From Eledone cirrhosa (lineage: Eukaryota), in contig OZ024744.1 of assembly GCA_964016885.1 (NCBI GenBank), positions 95,480,001-95,544,000 of the forward strand: a stretch of DNA of 64,000 nt. Direction: 5' to 3'. Below the pieces are notes generated by a model. That model did not search any database. It was given only the letters and a program-made list of their open reading frames with translations, and had not been told where the DNA came from. Both the position numbers and the translations under genes were made by a program. Positions 37,682 through 51,396 of this stretch are shown here, one piece after another (positions within the stretch are counted from its first letter, which is position 1; the number at the start of each line of letters is the position of its first letter).

Positions 37682-40243
37682 TTTATCCTCATCAGAGGAC
37701 GTGACAGATGGACGGTCGTAAACACAAAAGCCTTCCCTAGTGAGGAATGTACATCCCAACATAGCTTAGTTGTCAGCGACCTCACAGTCAGAACTAGACG
37801 AACCTGGAGAAGAAAGATCTGGAAGCTGAAAGACCCCTCAGCCAGTAACAGATTTAAAGATATTTTACTCAACGCCTACGACAGTAAAGAAGAACAGATA
37901 GAGGCGACGGATGAGGTCTGTGGCTGGAGTAAGACCTCAAGCAGGAGGAGAGTGACTTGGTGGTGGAACAATAAGGTAGATGAGGCAGTTAAGGCCAAGA
38001 GACAGGCATGGAAAGAATGGAAGAATGGGGGGAGCAGGGTACATTACATAGAGACCAAGAGGGAAGCAGAGGATAGAAAATTCTAGCATGTTTTGCAACG
38101 TGAGGACCAGAAACAGGAGGTGTTCAAGATTGTGAGGTAGTGTGTCAGAGAGAGTTGTGATGTCATTGGAGAGAAGTGTATCCGGAATGATAAAGGTGAG
38201 CTTGCCCTCACAAGTGCTGGAAGAGTCATTATGATAGATTACTAAATGAGGAGAATGCATGGGAAGAAGAGACCCTACCCCAAGCAGACCCTATAGAGGG
38301 GCCAGCAGCAACGTAGTAAGTAAGGCAATCAAAGATATGAAGATGGGGAAGGCAACCGGTCCATCGGGTATAGCTGCCGAGATGCTGAAGGCATCTGAGT
38401 CTGTAGGTCACACTATAACCACACGTATTGTTAACCAGGTAATACTAGGTGTCATACCAAAAGATTGGTGCAGTAGCATCATTGTCAACTGCTACAAAGG
38501 TAAAGGTGATGCACTAGATAGAGGAAACTATAGAGGTATAAAGCTGATGGACCAGGTCATGAAAGTAACAGAAAGAGTTATAGCACAGTTGATTAGGGAC
38601 CGGGTGAAACTAGACGAGATACAATTTGGGTTTGTACCAGGAAGAGGCACCACTGATCCCCTCTTCCTTGTCAGGCAGTTACAGGAAAAGTACCTAGCTA
38701 AAAGTAAGCCACTCTACCTGGCATTTGTCGACCTTGAGAAAGCCTTTGACAGAGTTCCACGTGCTGTAATCTGGTGGGCTCTTAGAAAACTAGGAGTAGA
38801 TGAATGGCTTGTGAAAGCAGTACAAGCCATGTATAGGGGAGCAGTCAGCAAAGTTAGGATTAGCAATGAGTATAGCGAGGAATTTAGCGTACAGGTTGGG
38901 GTCCACCAGGGCTCTGTTCTTAGCTCCCTCCTGTTCATCATAGTCCTGCAGGCAATAACGGAGGAATTTAAGACCGGATGCCCATGCGAACTCCTGTATG
39001 CTGATGACCTCGCACTTATAGCTGAATCTATGGTAGAACTAGAGAAGAAATTCCAAAACTTGGAAGCAGGGACTAGAAAGAAAGGGTCTCAAAGTCAACA
39101 TGACAAAGACTAAGGTCCTTGTAAGTAGACGAGAAAACAAAACCCAGATCCCCTCAGGGAAATGGCCTTGCTCAGTATGTAGGAAAGGTGTAGGTAGGAA
39201 CTCCATTCTATGCCCCAAATGCAAACAATGGGTACACAAGAGATGTAGCGGGATCTCAGGAAGCTTAATTAAGAATGTAGGCTTCACATGCAGCAGCTGT
39301 GCTGGGACAGCAAGCAGCAAACAGCCACAGGAAACAAGTACCACCAATCTCTGGGAGGGCTCTGTAGAAACAGTAGACAGCTTCTGCTACCTAGGTGACC
39401 GAATAGCAGCGGAGGTGGGTGTTCAGAAAGTACAATAACTAGGGTAAGAACGAGATGGAAGAAGTTTAGGGAACTACTACCACTGCTAGCTGCAAAAGGC
39501 TTCTCCCTCAAAATGAAAGGCAGACTGTATGATGCGTGTATCCGAACAGCGATGTTGCATGGTAGTGAAACCTGGGCGGTGAAGGTGGAAGACTTACGTA
39601 GATTAGAGAGAAACGAAGCCTGCATGCTCCGATGGATGTGTAACAGTAATATACACAAATGGCAAAGCATAAATGAATTGAGAGAGAGACTGAGCATAAG
39701 AGGAATCAAATGCTGTGTGCAGGAGAGGCGGTATGGACATGTGATGCGTATGAAGGATGACAGCTGCATAAAAAGGTGCAGAGCACTAGAAGTCGATGGA
39801 AACCGCAGAGTGGGGAGACCCAAGATGACCTGGGATGAGGTGATAAAAGCCGACCTTACCCAATTACACCTCTCAAAGGCGATGACACACGACCGTGACC
39901 TCTGGCGTCATGCAGTAATACAGAGTACCCGACCTCCCATGGGTACAAGCTGAAGCATATAGACAATATGCCCCCACACACCCCACCGCAAGGTGGTCGT
40001 GGAGGTGCCACGGAGAAAAAGCACCCAATCACACTGAAGTGGACGTGTAGGCGCCACGAAAAAGCACCCAGCACTCACTGTAAATGAGGTTGGTGTTAGG
40101 AAGGGCATCCAACTGTAGAAATCAAGCCAAATCAGTTCCTGTATGAGCAAGGCATGGTCAGCCGACCAGACACTGCCCACAACAGGACAACCCGTCTAAC
40201 CCATGCTAGCGTGGAAGAACGGACGTAGAACGGTGATGATGAT
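37682..40243 (+). mobile_element. 5'-truncated, frameshifted RTE-clade LINE
   Basis: End of the AP endonuclease (SQHSLVV), RT motifs (KATGPSGI, QFGFVPGRGTTD, FVDLEKAFDRVP, HQGSVLS, YADD), internal C4HC3 finger, RTE C-terminus (GRPKMTW), 3' UTR and (GAT)n tail. Confidence 0.96.
38259..39953 (+). pseudogene. Disrupted RTE reverse transcriptase ORF (pieces 38259-39113, 39100-39438, 39513-39953)
   Basis: Three consecutive ORFs in different frames that together give a continuous RTE polyprotein. Confidence 0.92.
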
Positions 40244-42500
40244 AACATTCAATATGTGTTGTTCACTGCATAACATTCAATATGTTCACTGCATAACATT
40301 CAATATATGTTGTTCACTGCATAACATTCAATATATGTTATTCACTGCATAACATTCAATATATGTTGTTCACTGCATAACATTCAATATATGTTGTTCA
40401 CTGCATAACATTCACTGTGTTGTTCACTGCATAACATTCACTGTGTTGTTCACTACATAACATTCAATATATGTTGTTCACTGCATAACATTCAATATAT
40501 GTTGTTCACTGCATAACATTCAATATATGATGTTCACTACATAACATTCAATATATGTTGTTCACTGCATAACATTCAATATATGTTGTTCACTACATAA
40601 CATTCAATATATGTTGTTCACTGCATAACATTCAATATATGTTGTTCACTGCATAACATTCAATATATGTTGTTCACTACATAACATTCAATATATGTTG
40701 TTCACTGCATAACATTCAATATATGTTGTTCACTGCATAACATTCAATATATGTTGTTCACTACATAACATTCAATATATGTTGTTCACTGCATAACATT
40801 CAATATATGTTGTTCACTGCATAACATTCACTGTGTTGTTCACTGCATAACATTCACTGTGTTGTTCACTGCATAACATTCACTGTGTTGTTCACTGCAT
40901 AACATTCACTGTGTTGTTCACTACATAACATTAAATATATGTTGTTCACTGCATAACATTCAATATATGTTGTTCACTGCATAACATTCACTGTATGTTG
41001 TTCACTGCATAACATTCAATATATGTTGTTCACTGCATAACATTCAATGTATGTTGTTCACTGCATAACATTCAATATATGTTGTTCACTGCATAACATT
41101 CAATATATGTTGTTCACTGCATAACATTCAATATATGTTGTTCACTGCATAACATTCAATATATGTTGTTCACTGCATAACATTCAATATATGTTGTTCA
41201 CTGCATAACATTCAATATATGTTGTTCACTGCATAACATTCAATATATGTTGTTCACTGCATAACATTCAATATGTGTTGTTCACTACATAACATTCACT
41301 GTATGTTGTTCACTACATAACATTCAATATATGTTGTTCACTGTATAACATTCACTACATAACATTCACTGTATGTTATTCACTACATAACATTCAATAT
41401 ATGTTGTTCACTACATAACATTCAATATATGTTGTTCACTACATAAAATACAATATATGTTGTTCACTGCATAACATTCACTGTATGTTGTTCACTACAT
41501 AACATTCAATATATGTTGTTCACTACATAACATTCAATATATGTTGTTCACTGTATAACATTCACTGTATGTTGTTCACTACATAACATTCAATATATAT
41601 TGTTCACTACATGACATTCAATATATGTTGTTCACTGCATGACATTCACTGTATGTTGTTCACTGCATGACATTCACTGTATGTTGTTCACTACATAACA
41701 TTCAATATATGTTGTTCACTGCATAACATTCAATATATGTTGTTCACTGCATAACATTCAATATATATTGTTCACTACATGACATTCAATATATGTTGTT
41801 CACTGTATGTTGTTCACTGCATGACATTCACTGTATGTTGTTCACTGTATGTTGTTCACTACATAACATTCAATATATATTGTTCACTACATGACATTCA
41901 ATATATGTTGTTCACTGCATGACATTCACTGTATGTTGTTCACTGCATGACATTCACTGTATGTTGTTCACTGCATAACATTCAATATATGTTGTTCACT
42001 ACATGACATTCACTGTATGTTGTTCACTGCATAACATTCAATATATGTTGTTCACTGCATAACATTCAATATATGTTGTTCACTACATGACATTCAATAT
42101 ATGCTGTTCACTACATGACATTCACTGTATGTTGTTCACTACATGACATTCACTGTATGTTGTTCACTACATGACATTCAATATATGCTGTTCACTACAT
42201 GACATTCACTGTATGTTGTTCACTGCATAACATTCAATATATGTTGTTCACTACATGACATTCACTGTATGTTGTTCACTGCATAACATTCAATATATGT
42301 TGTTCACTACATGACATTCAATATATGTTGTTCACTACATGACATTCACTGTATGTTGTTCACTGCATAACATTCAATATATGTTGTTCACTGCATAACG
42401 TTCAATATATGTTGTTCACTACATGACATTCACTGTATGTTCACTGCATAACATTCACTGTATGTTGTTTACCACATAACATTCAATTTATGTTCTCTAC
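40244..42500. repeat. 28-bp minisatellite, main segment (~80 units)
   Basis: Unit ttcactgcataaca+ttcaatatatgttg with variant 14-mers. Confidence 0.98.
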
Positions 42501-43595
42501 TTCATAACAATGTGTATTGTTTACTACATACATGTATGTTCCCATAACTCCTGAGGGAGTCGTAGAGGTGTAGTATTAACAGACAGCATTTATAGGACAT
42601 TTTAAAAACCTGGTGGAGGCCATCTCCTCTCCAGGTCTGAATACAACAGATTATTTCCATAGAAGAGAGTGTGGAAGAGACAGAGGAAGAATCAACCTCG
42701 AATAGATTAAAGGCAAAGTTGACCTCGGCGGGATTTAACTCACTTTTTTGAAACAACACTTGTTTTAAATATAGACATATGTATGTGTATATATATATAT
42801 ATGTGTGTGTGTGTGTAATTTTGATCTTACTGTGATGGCTGTTAATTGGCAGAGTTGTTAGAACATTGGCTTTAGTTCTGGGTTTCTGAGTTCAAAAGTC
42901 AACTTTGTCTTTCATCCTTTCAAGGTTGATAAAATAAAGTACTGAGTTGATTCTTCCTTTATATCTCTTTCTCACCCCCACCCCACCCTGCTCCCTCTCT
43001 CTCTCAGAAATAGACTGTATTCAAACAAACGTGGTGAGAGGATGGGCTCTTCCAGATTTTAAGAGCGGCTGTGCTGTGAAATCAAGCATATACAAGTCAT
43101 TTCGTTTGGCAACTTTGTCGTGAATGTTGAACTAACACATGTGTGTGTAGGTGTGTATCTATTTATAAGATTCCAACTAGCGAGGCATAACAAAGAATTG
43201 TACATGTGCATAGGTCTGTGTATTTGTGTATGTGTGTTTCAATTAGTGTGATTATCAGCATATGACTGTTATATATATATATAATACTGTAAAGTGATCT
43301 TGTAGGTGTCATGACAAAAAGCACCCAGCACATACTGTAAGTGTGGTTGGCGTTAGGAAGGGCATCCAGCTGTAGAAAACCAGCCAGAAACTCTGATGAT
43401 GATATATCATCAGGAGGATTGGCAGCATCGGTAGAGGGGCAGGCGCCACGCCTAGACGCATTGAGTTACGGCCCTTGCCATTCAAATCCCGCTGAGGTTA
43501 ACTTTGCCTTTCATCCTTACGGGGTCGATAAAATAAAGTACCAGTAATACACTGGGGTAATAGCTGGCCTTGTGCCAAAAGTAGAAACAATTGTC

Positions 43596-43597
<2 letters not shown>

Positions 43598-43654
<57 letters not shown>
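43598..43654. repeat. (TA)n microsatellite (longest of many TA, CA, GAT, TTA and GTA tracts)
   Basis: Direct observation. Similar tracts at ~765, 4049, 5631, 6225-6357, 54121 and 59680. Confidence 0.95.
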
Positions 43655-43659
<5 letters not shown>

Positions 43660-46600
43660 TATGTTGGTACCATAAAACATCCAGCCCACACTATACATGT
43701 GGTTGGCATTGGGAAGGGCAACCAGCCAGAAACAGTCCTATATGAACGAGACACGGTCGCCCAACCCAACTTGCCTCTAAATGGGACAAACCAGTCTAAC
43801 CTATGCTATCGTGGAAGATGGACATTAAATGATGATGATGATGATGATGATTTATATATATAAGGGCGGTGCCCCAGCATGGCCTCAGCCGGATGGCTGA
43901 AACAGGTAAAAGAGTATATGCATACGTATGTGTTATTTAGTGAGAAAGAAAGAATGGATAACTATCATTGTGAATAGCTCCCACCTGAACAGTAGCATAC
44001 TTGGGGTTTTTTTCTCCCTCCATGTATATGTTGAATGTTAAAACCACTTGTATGTTAATTCCATATTTCATATTTGAATAGTTGGAACACTTATCGTTGG
44101 ACATTCGAAAATCCAACATACGCACAGATATATATGTGTGTAGGTACCATAAAAAGCACCCAGTCCACAGCTGGTCCACACTGTAAAGTCATGTAGATGT
44201 CATGACAAAAGGCACCCAGTAGACACTGTAAAGTGATTGTTTTGGTGCCATGATAAAAAGCACCCAGTCCACATTGTAAATGTGATTAACGTTTGGTAGG
44301 GTATCCATTTGTAGAAACCAAGCCTAAACTGTGGTAATGATGATATGTGTGTTTGATCTCTGTATGTTCCAACGATAAGTTTTCCAGTTATTCACACAGG
44401 AAATTAGCATCCCACATGCATGTTTAATATAGTTCTCTTCAAGGAGGATTCAGCATGAGACAGTATGGAACAAACAATATTGGCTTTTGAATTACAGCTA
44501 CAAGCTACAATTCATTTTGTTTGTTTAGCTGAGTGAACTGAAAAAAATATGAGATGATTAATATATTTTTGTGTGTCTCTGTGTGTGTGCATGTATATTT
44601 TCATGTTTTTATGAGTCTGTGTGTGTGTAGATGTGTATGTCATCATCGTAATCATCGTTTAATGTCTTCCACACTAGTATGGGTTAGACGGGTTGTTCCA
44701 TTAGAGGCAAGTTGGGTCAGGTGACTGTCTTGCTCATATAGGACTGTTACTGGCTAGAGATTTCTACATCTGGATGCCCTTCCTAATGCTAACCACATTT
44801 ACAGTGTGGGCTGGGTGCTTTTAGTCGTGACACCTACACAACCACTTTACAGAGTGCATTGGGCACTTTTTATATGTAGGTAGATAGCTATAGGTGACCA
44901 TTTTGTCAACACTGAGTGAAAGGTAGGGAGGAAATATTAAATTACGGTTCCCTAAATAAATCAAGCACAAAGTGATTGTCACTTGATACTTGTATTTTAT
45001 TATTATATATATAGATATAATCATAATTTCAAGCCTGCTTTCCATGCTGACATGGAATGGACAGATTGTCACAATCTAAGACCAGATGATTGGAGTGACC
45101 TCGTCTTGTTCTTTGTTTCATATTTGGCATGGTTTCTACAGTTGGATGCCCTTCCTAACACTAGCCATCTTGCAAGATATACTGTGTGCATTTTTTTCAT
45201 AACACCAGCACTACCACTTACAGAGTGTACTGGATGCATTTGATCATGGCACCATCATTTTCACTTTACAGAGTGTACTGGGAGCATTTTATTGTGGCAC
45301 CAGTACTTAGAGGTTGTGTTTGGACAAACTGTTTCCATTCATCAAGAATCTGAAAAGATTTAGTAATATAACTAACAATCTCATTATTAAACTGGTATCT
45401 GGAACATACCTTAAGAAAGGGGCCAAACCATGTTTTCATTGTTAATTGATGATTAATGACAATTTGGATTCACCCACTTCTCTTTCCTAAACGATGCCAG
45501 TAGAAGGCTGTTTATTCAAATATAAGGAAAACTTGTGGCTGGTTTATCTCATTTACATAATGACACAAGGTTGGTAGCCTAACAATAATTATTAGGTTGG
45601 CAGAGTCATTAGAATGCTGGATAGAATGTTTTACAGTATTTGTTCTGGGTTCAAATCTTGCTGATGTCAGCTTTGTCTTTCATGCTTTCGATGTTGATAA
45701 AAATAAGTACCAGGCTAGTCCAGTACTGTGATCGGTTCTTCTATATCTCTTTCTCACTTCCTCTTTCTTCTCTTTAGAAGAAATCTGTATTCTAACCTGG
45801 AAAAAGAAGAACTCTATCAGGTTTAAATACTCATCCTTACACACACGCGCATGTATACAGACAGTTTTTCTCTGACTTAATGATACTTTTTCTTTCAATT
45901 TTATTGAAACCTTATTTGGGGCCTGTATTTTATTGTTCTTCTAGTTCTCACCCTCTCTTTTTTTCATTCTACTTTTCCTCTCACTCACTATACTCATGAG
46001 AATTTCAAAACCAGGCCATCTAAACATGTGTTGATTAGCTGCCCCAGCTAATAAACAGCGTTTGGATTTTTGCCCATTTCTAACATAAAACAGGGGTAGG
46101 GTGTCAGCTTATATTCGAGTATATATTGGATTCATAACCCATACTGTATTGGCATATGTTATACATGTGTGGTTAGGGTTTGGGACCATTGTGCTGTGGG
46201 TTTGATTCCCAGACCAGGTTGTTTGTTGTGTTCTTGAGCAAAACACTTCATTTCACGTTGCCCCAGTATACTCAGCTGAAAATAAGTACCAGCAATAGCC
46301 AGGAGTTTAACCCTGTGATGGACTGGCGTCCTTATGGCCAATGAAACTAGGATAAGCACTGGCTTAATGAGCCCCTGTGTTTTGGACAGGCTTCAGATAC
46401 ATACACTTCATTAACAACATATGCATTATTTCCTATCTTTAAAATTTTCCTCTGTCTTCTTTTCTCATCTCTTTCCTGTCTTCCAATGAAAGGCTAGCAT
46501 CCAAAATGTTATGACTCCTAATTATATCAAATATTAAAGTAATTTATCACCATTGTATTGCAATGTTCTCCTGTATTGTTTTTTTCCTTGTTGACTTTTC

Positions 46601-47345
46601 TCCTGTGTGTGTGTGTGTGCATATGTGTATTTCATTTTTTGGGGAGTGGGGGGTTTGCAGTTTGTGAACAATAGGCTTTATTGGTTGCAAATTTCCTACA
46701 TCTTCCCCGAATCAAAATATTAATGCTGTTGCAGTGGTAACCTATTTTCCCCAAAAAATCGCAAGGCCCATACCTATATTTTCAGACAGTCCCTCCTCTC
46801 TTGCTTTAATACAACATTAGATGAAACAAAAAACATTTTTTTTTTTTTAGATAAATAATTCATTCATATACAAAAATATATACATTTTTGTTAAATTTTA
46901 TTAAAATATATTCCACACAAACCCACATTTATTAATGGTCCCACTTTATGAAAGACTGATCTAAATAGCTTTCTTTCAGTAGACCTGCAGTCTAGTACTG
47001 GGGTTGATTCTTCCTCTATGTCACTCTCATTCTCTATCCTTCTCTGGAAGAAATCTGTTATATTCAGACCTGGAGAGATGGATTCTGCCAGGTTTAAAAA
47101 ATGCCCTAGAAACGCTGTATGTCAATGCAGCACCACAACGGCTCCCTCCAGGGTTACGAGACTATGACCATAACATACAGACCTACAGTATTGATGTACC
47201 CTCTGTAATATTTTTAGAGTTACTCATAAACCCAGCTTGAAAGTTAGCTAGAATGAGATGAGATGGAAAAATGGCTTTAAAATGCTTGTTATTGTTGTTG
47301 CCAGCATTGATTCACATAGTTCTATTGTTATCTTGCAAATTCTAT

Positions 47346-49050
47346 TAACTCTTAATATCCTGTAATGATTTAGTTGAGAATGTCTGAAATTAGCTTTGTC
47401 AAATGTTTATAGTATCTTTACTAGTGGACAGATTGTTAACATTTACAGTATTGTTTTAGCAGTCACAATGTTGTTTTGTACTTTTCAAGAATATTTACTG
47501 TAAAATTTACAGTATTGTTTTAGCAGTCACAATGTTGTTTTGTACTTTTCAAGAATATTTACTGTAAAATTTACAGTATTGTTTTAGCAGTCACAATGTT
47601 GTTTTGTACTTTTCAAGAATATTTACTGTAAAATTTACAGTATTGTTTTAGCAGTCACAATGTTGTTTTGTACTTTTCAAGAATATTTACTGTAAAATTT
47701 ACAGTATTGTTTTAGCAGTCACAATGTTGTTTTGTACTTTTCAAGAATATTTACTGTAAAATTTACAGTATTGTTTTAGCAGTCACAATGTTGTTTTGTA
47801 CTTTTCAAGAATATTTACTGTAAAATTTACAGTATTGTTTTAGCAGTCACAATGTTGTTTTGTACTTTTCAAGAATATTTACTGTAAAATTTACAGTATT
47901 GTTTTAGCAGTCACAATGTTGTTTTGTACTTTTCAAGAATATTTACTGTAAAATTTACAGTATTGTTTTAGCAGTCACAATGTTGTTTTGTACTTTTCAA
48001 GAATATTTACTGTAAAATTTACAGTATTGTTTTAGCAGTCACAATGTTGTTTTGTACTTTTCAAGAATATTTACTGTAAAATTTACAGTATTGTTTTAGC
48101 AGTCACAATGTTGTTTTGTACTTTTCAAGAATATTTACTGTAAAATTTACAGTATTGTTTTAGCAGTCACAATGTTGTTTTGTACTTTTCAAGAATATTT
48201 ACTGTAAAATTTACAGTATTGTTTTAGCAGTCACAATGTTGTTTTGTACTTTTCAAGAATATTTACTGTAAAATTTACAGTATTGTTTTAGCAGTCACAA
48301 TGTTGTTTTGTACTTTTCAAGAATATTTACTGTAAAATTTACAGTATTGTTTTAGCAGTCACAATGTTGTTTTGTACTTTTCAAGAATATTTACTGTAAA
48401 ATTTACAGTATTGTTTTAGCAGTCACAATGTTGTTTTGTACTTTTCAAGAATATTTACTGTAAAATTTACAGTATTGTTTTAGCAGTCACAATGTTGTTT
48501 TGTACTTTTCAAGAATATTTACTGTAAAATTTACAGTATTGTTTTAGCAGTCACAATGTTGTTTTGTACTTTTCAAGAATATTTACTGTAAAATTTACAG
48601 TATTGTTTTAGCAGTCACAATGTTGTTTTGTACTTTTCAAGAATATTTACTGTAAAATTTACAGTATTGTTTTAGCAGTCACAATGTTGTTTTGTACTTT
48701 TCAAGAATATTTACTGTAAAATTTACAGTATTGTTTTAGCAGTCACAATGTTGTTTTGTACTTTTCAAGAATATTTACTGTAAAATTTGCAGTATTGTTT
48801 TAGCAGTCACAATGTTGTTTTGTACTTTTCAAGAATATTTACTGTAAAATTTGCAGTATTGTTTTAGCAGTCACAATGTTTTGTACTTTTCAAGAATATT
48901 TACTGTAAAATTTGCAGTATTGTTTTAGCAGTCACAATGTTGTTTTGTACTTTTCAAGAATATTTACTGTAAAATTTACAGTATTGTTTTAGCAGTCACA
49001 ATGTTGTTTTGTACTTTCAAGAATGTCTTCCTAATGTGGTTTGATGTAGT
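47346..49050 (+). repeat. 64-bp highly homogeneous tandem array (~25 units) inside a family F MITE
   Basis: Period 64 (47441, 47505, ... 47761, ...). The MITE left end TTAA-CTCTTAATATCCTGTA is at 47346 and its right part is at 49020-49055. Confidence 0.97.
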
Positions 49051-49419
49051 ACATGCTATATTTTAAAGGTATTCATTGGGGTTGCAGTAGAGGTGGTCTC
49101 AGTCTATGCATGATAGTTGTGATTCCTTGTAATAAATATCTTTAAAATATAATAGAATGTAATGTCTTTATTGACAGTGCAGATGCATTGTACATACATT
49201 TAATGTCTGTTTCCCTGCTAACTACTGAACTGGAGGATGGGGGTGGGGAGTCCTGCTTACATACATTTCCGCTAATTGAAATTCTACTTGATAGAAATCC
49301 AAAGTTAAATATAGAAGATAATGTAGATAGCATAGATAACATAAGATTTATGCTCATACCAGCAATATAAATACATATGAATACACACACACAAGCAATA
49401 TCTATATGCACACCCCACA

Positions 49420-49940
49420 CCACCATCATCATTTTAATGTCCATTTTTCCACACTTGCATGGGTTAGGCAGGTCCTTTTATCAAAGCATCTCTCCATTCG
49501 CCACATTCCTTCATCATCTATTCTGTGAGTCTCAGTGATTTGAGATGAACTCTCACCACCTCTGCCCAGGTCTTCTTTTTTGGTCTACCTCTACTGCGGC
49601 TTCCTTTCGCTGGGATCTCCTAGCTCTTCTTCATCCAGTGACTATCATACATGTGCATCACATGTCCATACCAGCATAGTCATTTCTCCTGCAACCACTT
49701 CAGCTTTTCCCTCAGCTCATCCAAGCCCTTGCTTTCTCTGTTACATTGCACATTCAACAAAGCATGGTTGTTTCATTTCTCTCTAGTCTATGCATGTCCT
49801 CTGCAGTCACTGCCCATGTTTTACTACCATGCAGCATCGCATTTCGCACACAGGCATCATACAGTCTTTGTTGTCAACAGTGGCAGTAGCTCTCTAAACT
49901 TCTTCCATCCTATCCTTATTCTAGCTATTATGCTCTCACA
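49420..49940 (-). mobile_element. Degraded RTE 3' fragment (same type as 37682-40243)
   Basis: Minus-strand RIGWKKFRELLPLL, ERNETTMLC*MCN, RLVWTCDA-like segments and a family-A-like tail. Confidence 0.7.
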
Positions 49941-49949
49941 TATATTTAA

Positions 49950-51396
49950 CCCTTTAGCATTCACATTGAATTGTCAAATGTCATGTTCATCTATTCGCAT
50001 TATTTTCACTTAATTATACTCAAGAGGGTTATCAATTTTATTTGTTTGTAATTACTTTAATTTTCTATGTGCAGACTTGAAATTTTGTCAATAGATGTTT
50101 AAATAACTATAATTTACAATTATATATTTTTACCCGATTTTTTTTGTCAAATTTGACTTTTATGGGCAGGTGAAATTAATTAACAGGTGTAAAAGTAATA
50201 ACTTTATGGATAAACACAAAAATTTAAACTTTATCTGTTAGATTTGTTGCAAAAAAATCCAATAATGACCTAGATGCTGATTTCCATCAATTCTAGCAGT
50301 TTTCTGAACAGGTGAATTAATTAAAAATGCAGGTGTAATCAGTACACGGTTTTAGTCTTTCTCTACATTCCAGGCAAATATTTTCATTGAAAAAAATGTA
50401 TAAAACCTTTTCACCGGTCAAAATAATATTGGCAATGTACTCTGTAAAATTACGTAATAGAAAGTTCCCAATATATAAGTTTATACACACTTTTAAATTT
50501 GTCTGACAATATTTCAATTAATGGTCGTACTTTGTACAGTGGGTCGTAATTTGATTCATTTCTACCAGGGGCATTTGAAGTATCAACCAGATGCAAATAC
50601 TGGTTTAATTTAATGAATCTCGTTTTTGCCATAATACTAGATATATAAGGGTCACCAAACCTTATATCAGTACTCCAATAATTCCACAGTCGTGGAAATT
50701 GTTTAATACCAAACATAATATTTATGGTAAAAAACGCTTTCATTTCGGCAGAATCTGTCGGACAACATAACAGATCGGGTTTTCCGATATAAGAAATTTG
50801 TTGTTGTGCATAGCGATTTGCCACAACTTCGAAGAAAGATTGTGGTAAAAATAAAAAATAATAATCCAGTGCTTTAGCATCGGGTGGTAATGTGTGTTGT
50901 GGTCCAATATTTTCAGTAAAATCCGAAACATGTATCGATGTTGTTTCTTTCAACCACGTTGCTATTTTTTCAATGGTGTCAGTCAAATCTTCTCTTTCAC
51001 TTTCAAAGTAACTATCATCATTATCAGATATATCAGAAATAAATATATCTGATTAGTTTGAAGATAAATCACTGATATTATCTTCTGTTTCTTTTTGATC
51101 TCGAATGTCGTCGGACGTAAAACCTTCAAATTCGTTGTCGCTACTTTCGGAAGCCATGTTACACTTTCAACGTTAAAAACACGTGTTATCGCAAGTTCTT
51201 TCACTATACTAAGAGTTAATTTTCGCGCGTAAGGGCTTTATCTCGCAGTAATCTCGAATTGACGAGATTTCGATGATGTCAATGTTTATTTTTAGAAGGA
51301 AATCTCCGTGTGGTATTAAATGTCGGTTTTTGTCGGTTTGAATAAATGAAAGGGGACATAATCTTGTCGGTTTTTGTCGCTTTGAATGCTAAAGGG
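49950..51396 (-). mobile_element. Internally deleted piggyBac transposon with intact ends
   Basis: TTAA TSDs (49946-49949 and 51397-51400), perfect 14-bp TIR CCCTTTAGCATTCA, and a duplicated subterminal tgtcggtttttgtcg.tttgaat motif. Confidence 0.95.
50450..51157 (-). pseudogene. piggyBac (PGBD4-like) transposase N-terminal remnant
   Basis: ATG 51157, acidic leader with one in-frame stop, then DYYFLFLP...EMKAFF...YWST...RFIKLNQYLHLVD...DPLYKVRPLIE. The sequence breaks off before the DDD catalytic core. Confidence 0.9.

Noticed and set aside
40244-42500. 28-bp repeats as a CRISPR array
   Set aside because: Units are contiguous with no unique spacers, there are no cas genes, and the context is a eukaryotic intron.
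47441-49020. Palindromic 64-bp repeats as a CRISPR array
   Set aside because: Whole units are identical with no spacers, and the sequence derives from a MITE.
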